63,963 nt of DNA, filler included, from Thelocarpon superellum (GCA_026025795.1; 9 parts of 9 records of this genome joined end to end with filler, not necessarily neighbours in it); one strand, 5' to 3'; shown: positions 51,301 to 63,963, numbered from the whole stretch's first letter. Notes: generated by a model from the letters alone, not told the origin. A program made the numbers and translations.

Positions 51301-52393
51301 CGCCATAAGCGTTGGGTCTGGCTGGCCCCATACGAGCGGGCCGTCATGTGGAGCAGTCGACAGCCGACGTCGGGGTCGGCGTTGCTCGGGAAGAGCGGTC
51401 GCAAACGTAAGCACTTCCGGGATCCCTCCTTCCCTCCCCGCCTTCCTCCCCCAATGAAGTACGATCGGTGCTGACGACCCAGCAGTGACTATCCAATCGG
51501 TGCTGGATGTCAAAGATGATACGCCGATGCCCAAGAGTACGGCGTCGCAGCCCCTCTTCAACCGGTCCATTCTCATTCTCACACCGGCACGGGCGCTCAA
51601 ATTTACGGCGACGTCCAAGGAACGTCACTACATCTGGCTGACGGCCTTGTCGTTCCTGAGTCACTCGTCGGACAGCGCGAGTGAGATCTTCCACATGCCG
51701 CCGCCACCGCTGCAAGAGTACGAAGCACCACCCCGTCAAGCAAGCGGGAGTCTTCGTCGGAATACGATCCGCGATTCCATCCGCGTCGCCAAGGGCAAGT
51801 CGCGGCCGGAGCTAAATGGCAACGTGCCGCGGCCGGCGCACAGCGGTGGCGGGTCTCAGCAGAGCATCCAAGAGCTTGGGGCGAGTGTGGGATCGTTTGA
51901 CGCGATGGCGCTCGCTGCGGATCCACCCATCGTGCCTCGCTTTACGTCGCACAACCGGCGGCGGAGCAACACCGGTCCGCGCGCGCCGCCACCGTCGTCC
52001 TTCCGCAGCTTCACGAATCACGTGCCGGCGCCGTCGTCGACCCATAGCTTTGTCACCAACGGCTCATCCGAGGCGTACGGCAACGGGTCGTCCGTCGGCG
52101 GGCTTGGCTTCCACAGTGGACAGAGCAGCCTCAGTCGGGGCACGTCCGAGGTCGGTGGGCTATCGACCCAGAACTTTTTTGACGCCGTGGGGACGGTGCG
52201 CATGGAGGCGTTCGTGCGCCGGACGCCCTTCATGGACTTTGACTCGTCTGGCCCAAGTGTTCCTGGGCGGCGCGGTGACGGATCGCACAAGCGGGAGAAG
52301 GCGGCTTGGAACGGCGGGACGGATTTGGACGGGGAACGGATCGCGCAGCATGACCATTTTGTCTCTGGCGAGGATCCCTTCCGCGGGTTCTAG
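48337..52393 (+). CDS. Coiled-coil plus Mcp5/Num1-type PH-domain cortical protein (intron 51407-51485)
   Basis: DPRRFTPTLHANLVAEILSLRR coiled coil and QTMVGEWMWKYVRKR..RHKRWVWLAPYERAVMWS..SILILTPARALKFTATSKERHYIWLTALSFL PH domain. Confidence 0.85.
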
Positions 52394-54844
52394 CGCATCT
52401 TGTGTCATCCTTGGGACTCTGTATACAAGGCGTCTGGGGCGAGAAAAAGCAGACGAATCTATTAGTGGCGCAAGCCTGACCGCGTCATCGGTGCGAAACG
52501 TCATGAGTTTTGTGCCCATTCTCCAGTCGTACATGATTCCGTACGGTCCTGCTACAGAGGCAGAGGGAAGACTGCCGAACACGAGGTCGAGGTAAGGAGG
52601 AGGTAGAAGATATGCAGGGCCGGCGAGGGAGGGCTGGTATGAAGTCGAGTGAGGAGTTGGTGCTCCCTCTGCCCCGCTTCACGCGTGAGCCTTCTATCCT
52701 GCGTTAGACAAGCATACCTAAGTGGACGATCCAATGCCTGAGGGGGAGCGGTTGTCGTCCTTTCTGTCTCTCTCCTTCTACGCTTTACGCTCCTACCAGC
52801 CCGTGACTTGGGCGGTGCCCGACCGCGCATCCATTCTCTTCCGTCGGCTACGATAACTACTCGNNNNNNNNNNNNNNNNNNNNNNNNNNNNNNNNNNNNN
52901 NNNNNNNTTAATTAATTAANNNNNNNNNNNNNNNNNNNNNNNNNNNNNNNNNNNNNNNNNNNNTCGCACGAGGGTGGCAATGATGCCAATCTTTTTACAG
53001 GCACTTCCTTGACTGGCCGGCAGCTTTTCACTCTTGTAACCTAATGGTATCAGGGCCGCCTTAGATCAAACAACGTGTGGATAGCCCACGGGGATGCCTA
53101 AATCCCGTTGTTGGCAAAGTTGCTTCAAAGATCAAAGGAGGTGCAGCGTCCTCTTATTATAACCGGCGCTTGACACGGGCGCACGGGAGTACCTGCGTAC
53201 GCAAGCCTTACGCGACGAGCGCCAGTCTTACTTATATCGTAGCTTCAACTAGGCAGCAATACTCTACCGGACTCTTTACAATCATCATCATCATCATCAT
53301 CGCATGTACGTACTTCGTACATCGAGTATCAAAGGCAAGCCGCGATGGCGGCTTGATACCTGCCTGCCTTGAGCTCAGGGATGGTGACGTGTTTGTCGGA
53401 GGCTACGTTGAGGTGTGACTCGACAGGGACATGGACATACCATAACAGTGCCGTAGCCATGCCACACGAACATGGGATCGACGACGCACCTACCGTCCGG
53501 GCCCGGACCGAGCATCTCCACCCGGCCGGCACTTGCATGGGCCACGCCGTGCGGGTGGGTGCCGGCGTCTGCATCTGCATCTGCTGAGGCCGGTATTATT
53601 GCCGCCGCCGCTGGTGCTGGAACGCGTACAAGTATGTTAGTGCGTGCAGCTGGCGGAAAACGAGCTGGCGTGGTGTCGTGGGCTCGTCGCCATTGTGGTG
53701 GGATCTTGCGTCACCCTGCTGACGTCTTCTCGCCTCCTCTTCGCTGCCGCCGCTCTCCTCCGCCGCCCTCCTCCCACGGCGCCACTTTACAGAGTGATGG
53801 GAGGTCCGGACGAATGAGCGTTCCCGGCCTTCGTAGCATGATCTCCTACGCATACGGATCCAGGCACCCGTCGCCTATCTGGGACGATATCTCCAGCCTC
53901 GTCCAAGCCATGCAGGAGAATGACCACCGTATGGACCAAGCCATACAAAAGAAAAGGGTCGTTCCGACCCAGCCGTACCAGACAAGCTTTGGTCGTCGAC
54001 GACGACACAAGCCACCCGGACAAAGGTGGGGGGCCCGAGGGAGACCCCGAGCGAGGGTGGAGGGGCCGGCCCAGTGGTTCGCGCTGCGTGGCGTGATCCG
54101 GCTCGTCTCCAGCTGAAGGGAGCAGCCGAAGGACGGAGGGCCGACGGGTACCGGATGGCCCGCCGCACCCACGTCCAGGTCCACGGCCACATGGGGCGTA
54201 CGAAGAACGTATCGGACGAGGTACCGGAGCTCGTGGCTGATCCTGGCCGTCTTCCCATGGCACGCATTTGCGTCCGCGTGCGCGCACAGTCGGTCTCGAC
54301 CGCAGCTGTGGAGGAGTGCTCTGGGTGGGGCGCCTCTCATTGGCGGCGCGCAGGCGAGCGACTGGTCGAGTCAGTCAATTCGGTTGTCTCGGTTGACTCG
54401 GTCCCCTCGCGTCAATTGGCGACCGGGCTTGGCCAAGCGACGCAGCAGGGGTGGGGGACCGGGGGAGGGAAGGTGGTGGGGGGCTTAGTGGCGGCGGCGG
54501 TGGAGGTCGTCGTGTTACCACTGCCGCAGCAGGTGCAGGTGCTGCCCGGTGTTGCTGCGGCTTGCGCTGGCTGCGGCGGCGGCGGCGACGGTGGTGGTGA
54601 AGGGTAAGATGGAGGTATGTAAAGTTCTTGGGGCTGCCCTGGGTGCTGCCCTGGGTGCTGCTGGTGCCGCTGGCGTGCAGTGGCGGTGGATGCAGGCCAA
54701 CATGCGTGCTGGTCCAGCCCTCCAGCCCTCCGAAAGCACCCTCTCCCCCATCAACCCACCCTCGTGAGGCTTTCGCCGCGACGACGCTCGCGGCAGAGGT
54801 GACCCGTGCCGCCACCACGGTTGCCCTGCTACTGCGGGTTGCTC

Positions 54845-54850
54845 TATAAA
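54845..54850 (+). promoter_or_regulatory. Candidate TATA box for the 55360 gene (followed by a CT-rich tract and a likely 5' UTR intron ending at 55344)
   Basis: TATAAA in GC-rich context, with a CTGAC branch point and TAG acceptor 15 nt before the ATG. Confidence 0.35.
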
Positions 54851-55359
54851 GAGAGCGTCAGACAACCATGGGCTCCAGCGGCCGATCTATGGTCGGAATG
54901 GACGGCGTGGAGGATCTCGGGAGGTAACCACAAAGCCGCTGGCGTCACGGTACGATTCGAAGGCTTAGCCGAGCCTTTTTTTGACTTTCTTTTCCCATCC
55001 TTCATCCCTTCTTTTCATCCGGAAGGACTCGCTGTGCCTCACCGTCCCCGGTGTGTGGTACCACGTCCCCGGACGTGCCGTGTGGTGAGCTGGTGTTGTG
55101 CGTGGCGTGCGGTGCCTCGCGTGGTGTTGGGGACTCTGGCGCTCCGCCTTGGCCCGTTTGATCTCCCCACCCTCACCCTGCGCTCGCCTCCCGCCCCATC
55201 ACGCCGTGTGGGAGTGAGCATCGTTCGGAGACGAGCTCGTGCTTCGTCGTCCCATGTGCCTCGGCCCGTCTACGTCCGGTGGAGCCTCGAGCACGCTCAT
55301 CGTGACGCGCCTAGCGGCTGACGCTCGCGCTCGGCGAGGAATAGGCCACGGCCATCTCG

Positions 55360-56103
55360 ATGGCCTTTGCCAGCCACGACGACGACGGTCCATACGAGCG
55401 GTTCCAGCATGCGAGCTTTGCCGGTCTCTCCAGCCCCGGCCCCAGCGAGGTGCGCCGCGTCGACGACATGCAGTTTGACATCTTCGACTGGTACCCCCAC
55501 CATCAGAGCTGCCAGCGTTACTTCCTCGATCACGCTCAGCACAGCGCGCCGGTCCAGGCCGTGGCCAGCTTCATCAACATCACGCTACCCTTCCAGCGCC
55601 AGCCCACACCGGTGCTCAGCTACACCTCCACGTCACGCTCGCCCGGCTTTCCCCTTGGTCCTGCCTCGCCCGCCGGCCCCGCACCCCTGAGCGGAGGGGG
55701 CGCGCCCGTCTCGCTCCCCAACACGGCCGCGGGCCAAGGCGTGTCTCTGATCCCCTATCTCCGCCGCCTGGTCGTGACGGGACTCGATCTCCCGGGCGTG
55801 CTCCATGGCTTCTTTGGTGATGACTGGGCCAAGGGCGTGGGCGCGCTGCACGAACAGGAGCGACGCAACTATCTCTTTGCCGCCAAGAGCGGCGGCTGGG
55901 CGGCGGTCAAGAAGGACTACGACATCCTCCCGCTCGAGACGGTCCCCTTCCTCCGGCCCTTGCGTGGGCCCACCGACGCGGAGATTGAAGCGGCGGAGAA
56001 GACGTGGAGCGAATGGCTTGCCATGGAGGATTGGATGGTGGGACCCCGTGCTCCGATGCCCATGGACGAGGTAGCGTCCAATCGCCCTCGGGCATCGCGA
56101 TGA
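55360..56103 (+). CDS. Conserved Pezizomycotina protein of unknown function (family often mislabelled 'Ilp apoptosis inhibitor')
   Basis: FDIFDWYP..CQRYFLDHAQH, SLIPYLRRLVVTG.D..LHGFFGDDW..G..LHEQERRNYLFAAKS and WSEWLAMEDWMVGPRAP. Confidence 0.82.
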   Translation: MAFASHDDDGPYERFQHASFAGLSSPGPSEVRRVDDMQFDIFDWYPHHQSCQRYFLDHAQHSAPVQAVASFINITLPFQRQPTPVLSYTSTSRSPGFPLGPASPAGPAPLSGGGAPVSLPNTAAGQGVSLIPYLRRLVVTGLDLPGVLHGFFGDDWAKGVGALHEQERRNYLFAAKSGGWAAVKKDYDILPLETVPFLRPLRGPTDAEIEAAEKTWSEWLAMEDWMVGPRAPMPMDEVASNRPRASR

Positions 56104-56925
56104 TGACAGATTTGATGTGGGCGGCATGGCAAGCGATGGTGCACCGTGCGACAATACGACGGTTGGACCTGGTACGTTACGAATGTCGGAGCAGAAGGCC
56201 TGTTGGCCGTCTTTGTGGGCTTCTGACGTCAGAAGCGGGAAGAAATTCAATCCTGAGGTCATCCGCAGCAAGCTCCCTTCTCCTTCGGCGTTCTATCAGA
56301 TACGGCTTTCATACGTCCTGGGGCGCATGAGAGCCCATGACTGTATCGGACGGCCACTATGAGATTTTGTTCCTGCAGGGTATCATGTAGGTGGTTGGTG
56401 GTGGGTGGTGGGTGGTGGGATGGTTGGATGGTGGGAGGGATGGAGATTAGGCGGCCAACGATTGTATGATATTAGTAATATTCGTTGCTTTGGCTGCCAG
56501 GCGAGCGGGAACGTCAAGGCGACCCTCGTTGTAAAAGGTGCTGCTTTCGTTCTCGTACTCGTACTATAGATGGCGGTACTGACGCACCCCGGTTATTCCA
56601 CTGGAGATGGGTGGTCTATTCTACGGAAGCTATCCGTCGTTCTGATATACAGCTATTGTGGGTCACGTGAGGCGGCTTACTCAGAAGCCTCGAGCTCCCG
56701 TACGGAGCCTCCACAGTACCGTGACGAAGCTCCAACGAAGAGGAGCACGCACATAGTATCCCTCACCCACTCATAACCCCTCCAAAATCTCCCCGGGCGT
56801 TCCATGAAGCTCCCTCTGTGACCACTGATGTGAGATCCGCCACCGTAACCCGCACGAGCGGAGGGAAAGCCGTGTCCACCCGCCCTCTCCCTCGGGCGTC
56901 TGCTGGCAAGAGGCCCTGCGGCACA

Positions 56926-59900
56926 ATGGTAGGAATTACGAGCAGCAATCACGCGGAATGGTGCAAGCTCCTCGACCGGTGCCTGCTCGGACGCATCCGC
57001 GGCGACAAATTCGAATCCTATGCCAAGATCCTCGCGGGCACGTCCCCGCTGCCGAGTGTGCAAATTGCAGTCGCCCTGTTGCAGCGCTCGTCGAATGCTC
57101 CTCCGCCCGCTTTTGACCCACTGGTCCCTGTCTATGCCGAACGGCTGCTCAAGCTTGATGTGGTGCATGTGCACGATCTGCTGCGTGGCCTGCTGCAGAC
57201 GTCGCGACTCCACACGTCCAGTACAGCTCACGATGGCACTGCCTCGCCTGCACATGATGCGGCAGTGTCCCAAAACGACGGTGCGACGGAACTAATCCCG
57301 GCAGAGGTCAAAGACAGGGAGCGACCCAAGTGGAAGAATGCGCCGGAATTGGAGGAAATCTTGCTGTTTCGCGTCTCGCGCTGCATGTCCACGGGAGTGC
57401 AACCCAAGCGTAGAGATGAGACCCTAGCAACGTTGAAGGCCGTGTCGGGATGGATGTCCAGCGTGCTGGCGACCAGTACCAGGGACGAGATGGTCCAGGG
57501 TATGAACGGAGACGCCACGCACGTCTCACACGACTCTCTGGCCATCCGCGAGGCCATTGGCATGCTGGTCATGGCCTTGGCCGAAAACCCTCGAGTAACT
57601 ACTCTGATGGGCTCATGTCCGAAAGGTACGTTCTTTCGATGGCAGGAAATGCAATCGCTCACTCGCGTTTAGACATTCGACGCCCCTTTGCCCACTCGCT
57701 CTCCCTCTTCATTCCCTTCCTGGCACAGACGTCGCTACAGATTTCGAATCGACTCGAGGCCTTTCAACGCGAATACAACATCTTCGACGATAGTCCGAGC
57801 AAAGGACTTGGCAACATCTTGAGCGGGGTGGATGTCAATGGTATACACATGCAGGGCATGGACGGGGAAAATGTGGTGGACGGGCCTATTGTCCATTCTC
57901 GAGCGGGTCTCTACATCTATCTAAATGCCTTGGTAAGCATGTTGATGGGGTCGGGGTGCGTGCGTCGCTCATGGTCTAGTTGGTGGGACGCCCGATGGTC
58001 AGCGACGCACGGATATTGGACTATCTGCAATTGCGATATCAGGTAGGATGCCGCGACGACATTCGAAGCCAATCTGACAGGAGTAGGGCAACACGTCAAA
58101 CCTGATGATCGACCTGGTGACGGCAGCGTTTGACGTACTCTCAAACGCTACGTTCCGCAACGAATCCAAGCAGACCCTGTTCACCCTTCGATCGTTCCTG
58201 GTGAACAAGATACCTCTGCTTCTGACGACTCTCTCCGCATCCTTGTTTCCCCCTCTCACGTCCGAGTTCTGTATCACGCAGGCTCTGACCCATGTCGACC
58301 CTCAGGCATTTCCCTCCTTCTCCACCGTCTTTGAAGTGCCTGCCGACGGGGACATCTTTTCGGACGTGCGGCAGGAGTTTCTCTTTGCCGCTTGTCTGCA
58401 TGGCTTGATTGAAGAATCGAGCATCGAGCGACTGTTGGGGGAGATACCCATGCAAGTCTTACCGTCGGGCGGGAGATACGCCAAGGATGAAGTCGTGAGT
58501 CAATGCACGACTGATCCGGATCGGATCGAGAGACTGGTGGAAGAGATTGAGGGCCTGGAGGGCAATTCGGGGGCGGTTACGGAGGCTGTCACAGAGGTAA
58601 GGAGAGATTTGCGTGCACCGCGGACCCTCGTATGAAACGCTCACCCGTCTAGGTCATCAATACGCTGTGTGCGAACCGAGAGACCATGACATTGAAGACG
58701 ATATGCATCGCGTTGGCTCAGAAGCCCAAGTCCTTGGACGTGATGCTCCTGTTCAACAGCTCGTCGACCATCCTCCTGCCGATGTGTCAGCTGTTGGACT
58801 CGTGGCGATATGAAGACGATCAGGGTGGGTTGCATTCTGTTTTACAGAGGGGGAGTTGGCTGACGATTTACAGGTGAATATCAGCCGGTGTACGAGGAGT
58901 TTGGTGGAATCCTTCTCCTCGTCCTTGCCTTTGTGCATCGATATGACCTCACAACGCAAGAGATTGGTCTGGCGAAAGAAGACTATCCATCGATTGTTGC
59001 GATTCTGGAGAAAGGAGATGTCAGCCAATCACTGGAGACGTTGACGTCGGATCAAAACCAGCATCTGAGCGGATGGATTCGGGCGTTGTTCGATGCAGAC
59101 AGCGGGATCAGTGATGACTTGATGTCGTCATGTCGACCGCAGGATTTCTACGTCCTCGTCCCCACCCTCTTCAATCAAGCGGTCTTGGCCTGCCGATTGA
59201 ACGTGGTGGAGATGGAGAATCTAAAGGGTGGATTGGAGTGTAGGTGCCACTGGCAACATGAACATGTGTGAGCTCGCTGACACTCGCAGTCCTTCTCGAA
59301 GCGTTCCTCGTCCCCTCTCTAGTCGGAGCCATCACCTATCTGACCAAGGCGATCTGGGAAGCACGAGTGGGAGAGATGGACACGCTGATGCAAATCCTCC
59401 ACGCGCTCATCACACCCAAGACCATGTCCAGCGAGGCCACCAGCATGCACAGCACCGTCCTGTCCATCATCGGGCGTCCACTGGATCATTCCCTCCGCGA
59501 GCTCCGCCGACGCGGCCCATCACGAAGTGACATCGAACCGATGCTCCAAATCTTGCAACCGCACCTCGACTTCGAGCGCACAGCGACCAGCCAGTACAGT
59601 GAGCTGGAGACGTGGACGACGACGCACGGTGGAGGGTTGAGCGCCAGCGTGCGCAACACCTTCCAGACGCTGGTCATGTGGAGCCAGAATCCCGAACTGA
59701 ACATGACACCGGCGACGTACACGCACCGGCAGATCCTGGTGGCTGTGCAACTGCTGGGCGCCCGACGCATCATGCGTGCTCTAGTGGAGGAGCTGAAACT
59801 GCAGACGCAGAACGGCAGCGGAGATGTGGCGATGGATATTGCGACGGCGTTGATCTGCGCGCCGGCGTCAGAGTCGAATCCTAGGGGCGCAGCTCACGAC

Positions 59901-60297
59901 CCGCCGATGGCTTATCTACAGCAGGGTCGTCCCGCCGCGCGCAGCTCGGAGCTGTTGACATTGCAGCAGGCACTGAAGATGGAGATTTCCAGTCTGACGT
60001 CCACATCCACATCCACAGCTACATCTGCATCAACATCCAGAAAGGACCCGGACCCGAGCAACGCCGAGACGATAGCGCTCCTCAGACGTCTCCAGCGACG
60101 AGTCGAGGCGCAGAACCCATCGACCGCGCAACGCCAGCAACAGGAAGCGAGCGCGGCGGCTCAAGCACAAGCGCAAGCGCAGGCGCAGGCTCAAGCGCAG
60201 CAGGACGCGGTTATCTTGGGCGCGATTGAGGGGGGGGTAGTGATGGATGGGATGGCGGGCACGGAAGGCATGGATGGCATGGAGGGGAGTGGCGGGG
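56926..60297 (+). CDS. MED5: Mediator subunit Med5 (Nut1), multi-exon, 3' end truncated by the contig edge
   Basis: [80 protein letters not shown] and ISDDLMSSCRPQDFY. Confidence 0.92.
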
Positions 60298-60863
60298 NNN
60301 NNNNNNNNNNNNNNNNNNNNNNNNNNNNNNNNNNNNNNNNNTTAATTAATTAANNNNNNNNNNNNNNNNNNNNNNNNNNNNNNNNNNNNNNNNNNNNGCC
60401 GACTTTTGTTTACTGCGGTGTCGTGGGGTACGATGTGGTGCGACTCGGGCGATGTTGTGGGGTGGGCGAGACCGCCAGTAGCGCAGATCTCTCAGTCTCA
60501 ATTCCTGGACGTACTGACACCAGATGAGACGTAATGTTAAGATGTAATGTTACTTCGTACACCTCCAACCAATCACCCTTACTGCCCTTGTATTTGGCAG
60601 CGCATCGATTCCCTCCTTTCGTACCACACCGCGGTCATGTATGCATTTTGCACAGCTACTTGACAGTGTCAATGACCCAGCTTCTGTACATTTTCCACCA
60701 CCCAGATGGTCCAAATTAAATCTACCACCGTTTGACCTCCCACCCAACCAAACTCGATTCATCCGGGAGGTCGAGTGGGCCAGGGCCACCGCTGAGAGAA
60801 AAAGATGTGACATGAAAGTAATAGCCTCCTCCACCTCGTCCCCGTCTTGGTCCTTGAGCGCCC

Positions 60864-61809
60864 CTACAAGAACACTCCCATGATAAATGCAACGAGCCCA
60901 GCCGCCGCAAACTGTTCCACGTGCCCGCCCAGCGCTATCCGTGCTGCCGGGTTGGATGTCACCTGTTGCGGGCTCGCCGACGTCGACGTCGACGGCGGCG
61001 GTACGGTCGACGACGGTTCCGCGGCCGCGGGCGAAGCCGAGGTTGCCAACGTGCTCGGCGCCGACGTTGGCGCCGCCGGCACGGCCGACGACGAACAGTT
61101 GGGCGAGATGTTCTGGGGCGCGCTCGCCGCGAGCGCCTTGAAGGCGTCGAGAGTGCGCGATTGGTTGTTGGCCGGCCTATCGGATCCATCAGTCCCATCG
61201 TCCTGAGCATTGCGGTACTCGCATCCACGTACGGGTTGATAACGCCAACCATGCCTGACTCGCAATGAGTCGCTTGAGAGCAGTAGAACCAGATGGGCTT
61301 GGTGTCCGGCACGCGAACGGTAAAGGTCGGCATCATGCTTTGGCCCAGCGACACCGGCATGAAGCCGGAGAAGAAGCCCTGCGAGCCTGGCGTCGATTCC
61401 GAGAGGGGCACGCAGGGATTATCAAAGTTGGACTGCACGACGGAATGGTTCTGGTCCGGAGGTCAGCGACCGACGGTCTTCTCGTCCTCGCGCATCAGCG
61501 CCCGGCCCGACGTACCTTGGGGTAGAATTGGTATTGCACCATGTCGCCCGGGTTGGCCTGCACCTGAGCCGGGGTGAAGGCCAGCGTGCCTTGGGCGTTG
61601 CTGACTTTGACCACATGGACCGAGACCTGGCCCCCGGATGACGAGGCGGCCGTCGGGGCGGCCGCGCCTGCGGAGGCCGCCGCCGCCGTCGCCGACGTTG
61701 CAGCAGTGGTGGCGTCCGATCCGCCCCCTCCGTACGCCCCGTACTGGCCGTGGACGAGGCCGACGCCGGTCAAGGCCATGCCGGCCGCCAGCGACCCGAA
61801 GAAATGCAT
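60864..61809 (-). CDS. Secreted, probably GPI-anchored, Ser/Thr-rich cupredoxin-domain protein (2 introns)
   Basis: Signal peptide, ANPGDMVQYQFYPK|NHSVVQSNFDNPC, IWFYCSQATHCESGMVGVINP (His/Cys/His/Met type-1 Cu ligands) and a hydrophobic C-terminus. Confidence 0.9.
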
Positions 61810-63306
61810 CGTGAACGAGTGGACAAGCACTGGCTCGCAGTGGTTCGAAGGGAGGTGGAAGAACGAAGGGCTCGCACGCGGTCAGAACACCAGGCCGACT
61901 CGTCGATGCGGAGATGCAGAGGGAAGGAAGCCAAAAGGGCGACGAGGACGACGAGCCGTGCCAAGCAGTGAACGTGGTCAGTCGGAGAAGAGAAGGAATG
62001 CGAAAGAACGTCCGACACTAGGAGTCCCAAGAGAAGATCAGGACCGAGCGACCGACGCAGCACAAATGGATGGCGAACCCGGGCGGGGCCGCTGCATAAA
62101 TACCATGCTGTCATCGTTGATGCGTTGCGAGGCTTAGGCAGGTGGGCGGATAATCTGGCGTAGGACCATGTCACAGATGAGCCCGAGGCCGGGCGAGGGA
62201 CTGGGCCGGGGGCCCCCGGGCGTTGGTCAAACACCAAGGCCATCACGGCCGGTCGCGCCCGCCAGGTTCCTCACCCTGGGGTACATTGTCACCCGACCCA
62301 GGCCCGTGGACTAGGCCGACTCGAGTAACACTCGGTCCATCGTCGCTGGTCGCTGGTCGTCTCAGACCTGAGCTGTAGCAGGATGATCCAAGCGCCTGCG
62401 CGCGACCGTGGGTCCCGGTAGTGGTGCAGCGGCAACGGTGGTTGGTACGGCATCGTGGACAACATGGATCTCAACCGAGCTGATCACCCGCCACGGGCCA
62501 CGGACCACGCTGCGGAGAACTTTGTCGCCGTCGCCGTCACCGTGCTCGTCGTGGCTGTGGTTCCGCGGCTTAGGCATGCGTTCTTCAGCCCAACGGGCGC
62601 CTACTGCTACAAAAATACCCGTGACGTGCCACCTTGAGATTGTGTCCTGCGGTCCAGCGCGTGCTCGAACGTCCCGCGTTCCCACAGAATGGCTCGATAT
62701 CCGTCGTCGACCCGGCGGCGATGGGACGAGTGCGACCGGGGCTCATACCTCTCCGAAGCATTTTTCCTAATAATCGTCCCTTTCGAGGGGCACTTCGAGG
62801 GGCAATTGGACACTTTGGCCCGAGAGTGGCAGGAGCGAATGCGAGTTTGAGAAGTGTCGCATAGGTAAAGGACCCGGCCGCTGCTACGCTGTCCCGGACA
62901 AGCGAAGCGCCACCACGCCCATTAGTGCCCGCACCCCCCGGTCGTGGCACATCATTGCCGATCCGTACAACGGCCAGGCAATCTATAAGCTGCTCCTGGT
63001 GTTCCATGCTTATATTATCACAGCCAGACCCCCCGCAGAGGACCCTGATCCAGGCACATGGTAGCGTCGCCGTGTCGGACAGGAAAGCAGAATCGATAGG
63101 AGGTCATGGCAAAGATGAGTGGCTCTTTTTCCGTTCCGGCGCCCGGGTCACCGACGCCGCTACGGCGTCCCGGGTCCGGTCCCTGCGCAGCCCCGCCTGG
63201 CCGTGCCTGCTCCAGACTTGGACATGCGTAATGCCCGAGCGGATCCCCTCCCCAAATCAAGTGTCACGTTTTCCCGTTATCATGGCCCGCAGCATCCCCT
63301 TGCCAA

Positions 63307-63798
63307 TTAAAAGTCCAGCAATAATTGCGGAGCCAATTTCTCCAGGTCCTCGACCTAGTTCCACCGCCCATCCGTTCGTCAGCATGTGCCGTTCGTGTCG
63401 GCCACGCGGTGCAAGGAAAGGAATGGAGGACCGTGGGGACGACGCACCTCTAAGAACTGGTCGCTCGCCGCGCCGCTCTCCTGGCGCCGCTCAAACGCGG
63501 CACGTGCCAGGGCCTCGCGGACAAAGGTTTCCATGTACTTGCCCACCACGGCGTCGGCGTCTTTGGACATGCGCGTCCGCTCGTCCTCGAAGAACTCGTG
63601 CATGATCTTGGTCAGGAGCTTGGACGGGATAGTATGGGCGGCGTCCGTCGACGCAACGTCTTCTGCCGCTTCGTCGTCGACGGGGGGGCTCTCCTTCGAA
63701 GGGCCTGCTCGGGCCGCACGTGATGTGGTCGCTTTGGAGGCCTTGCCGTCTTTCGACGGCCGCGGCGGCTTGAACTTGGATGTTCGTTCCGCCGGCAT
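63307..63798 (-). CDS. MHF2: CENP-X/Mhf2 histone-fold protein (intron 63355-63447)
   Basis: IPSKLLTKIMHEFFEDERTRMSKDA..KYMETFVREALARA..FLE|VEDLEKLAPQLLLDF. Confidence 0.92.
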
Positions 63799-63963
63799 CT
63801 TGAAGATGACGCGAAGTGATGGATGGGCCACGCTTGATGAATGCTGTGATCATCACAGCGACGCGTCGGAGGGGCCACTTCACGTGCAGCTCCGATAGTG
63901 AGGGGCAAGCGAGCGACCGGTCGTGTGCTTACCATAATCGTACCATACATCCCAGCACCTGTA

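Noticed and set aside
48822..51618. Long antisense ORFs (435, 242, 320 aa) opposite the PH-domain gene, and similar shadow ORFs elsewhere
   Set aside because: They are mirror frames produced by GC-rich codon usage of the real gene.
53472..54865. Cluster of overlapping ORFs on both strands
   Set aside because: Simple-repeat-rich with no protein-like signature. More likely regulatory DNA.
14815..63798. Kinetochore/nuclear-positioning gene cluster (HSK3, PH protein, MHF2)
   Set aside because: They lie on separate contigs, so co-occurrence reflects size sorting.
63809..63866. MCB-like ACGCGW boxes upstream of MHF2
   Set aside because: Plausible for a cell-cycle gene, but these hexamers are too common in this CpG-rich sequence to be informative.

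Overview
GC-rich, intron-containing nuclear DNA of a filamentous ascomycete (Pezizomycotina, judged from AreA, a PTH11-like receptor and short GT-AG introns with CTRAC branch points). The window is not one locus. It is nine contigs joined by 100-nt N44-TTAATTAATTAA-N44 linkers, and the complete contigs fall steadily in length (7550, 7528, 7431, 7430, 7378, 7353, 7334 nt), so gene order across gaps is meaningless. About 22 protein-coding genes are called, from sequence motifs and recalled family signatures, not database searches: a Cdc34-type E2, Slp1 SUN protein, aminopeptidase P, AreA, Hsk3, a PTH11-like receptor, Rpa43, a membrane DnaJ protein, a GH5 hydrolase, Atp18, otubain, an Mba1-like protein, a sodium:solute symporter (SSS) family transporter, a MYND-like Zn-finger protein, a 3xKH RNA-binding protein, a Num1/Mcp5-type PH protein, Med5, a cupredoxin, CENP-X and some orphans. 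The highlight is an intronic TPP riboswitch (35352-35502) in the SSS transporter. It comes with a perfect 12-bp long-range anti-aptamer complement near the distal 5' splice site, an internal alternative donor, and a premature stop in the alternatively retained segment. This matches the N. crassa NCU01977-type splicing switch, and a second possible pairing element is also visible.
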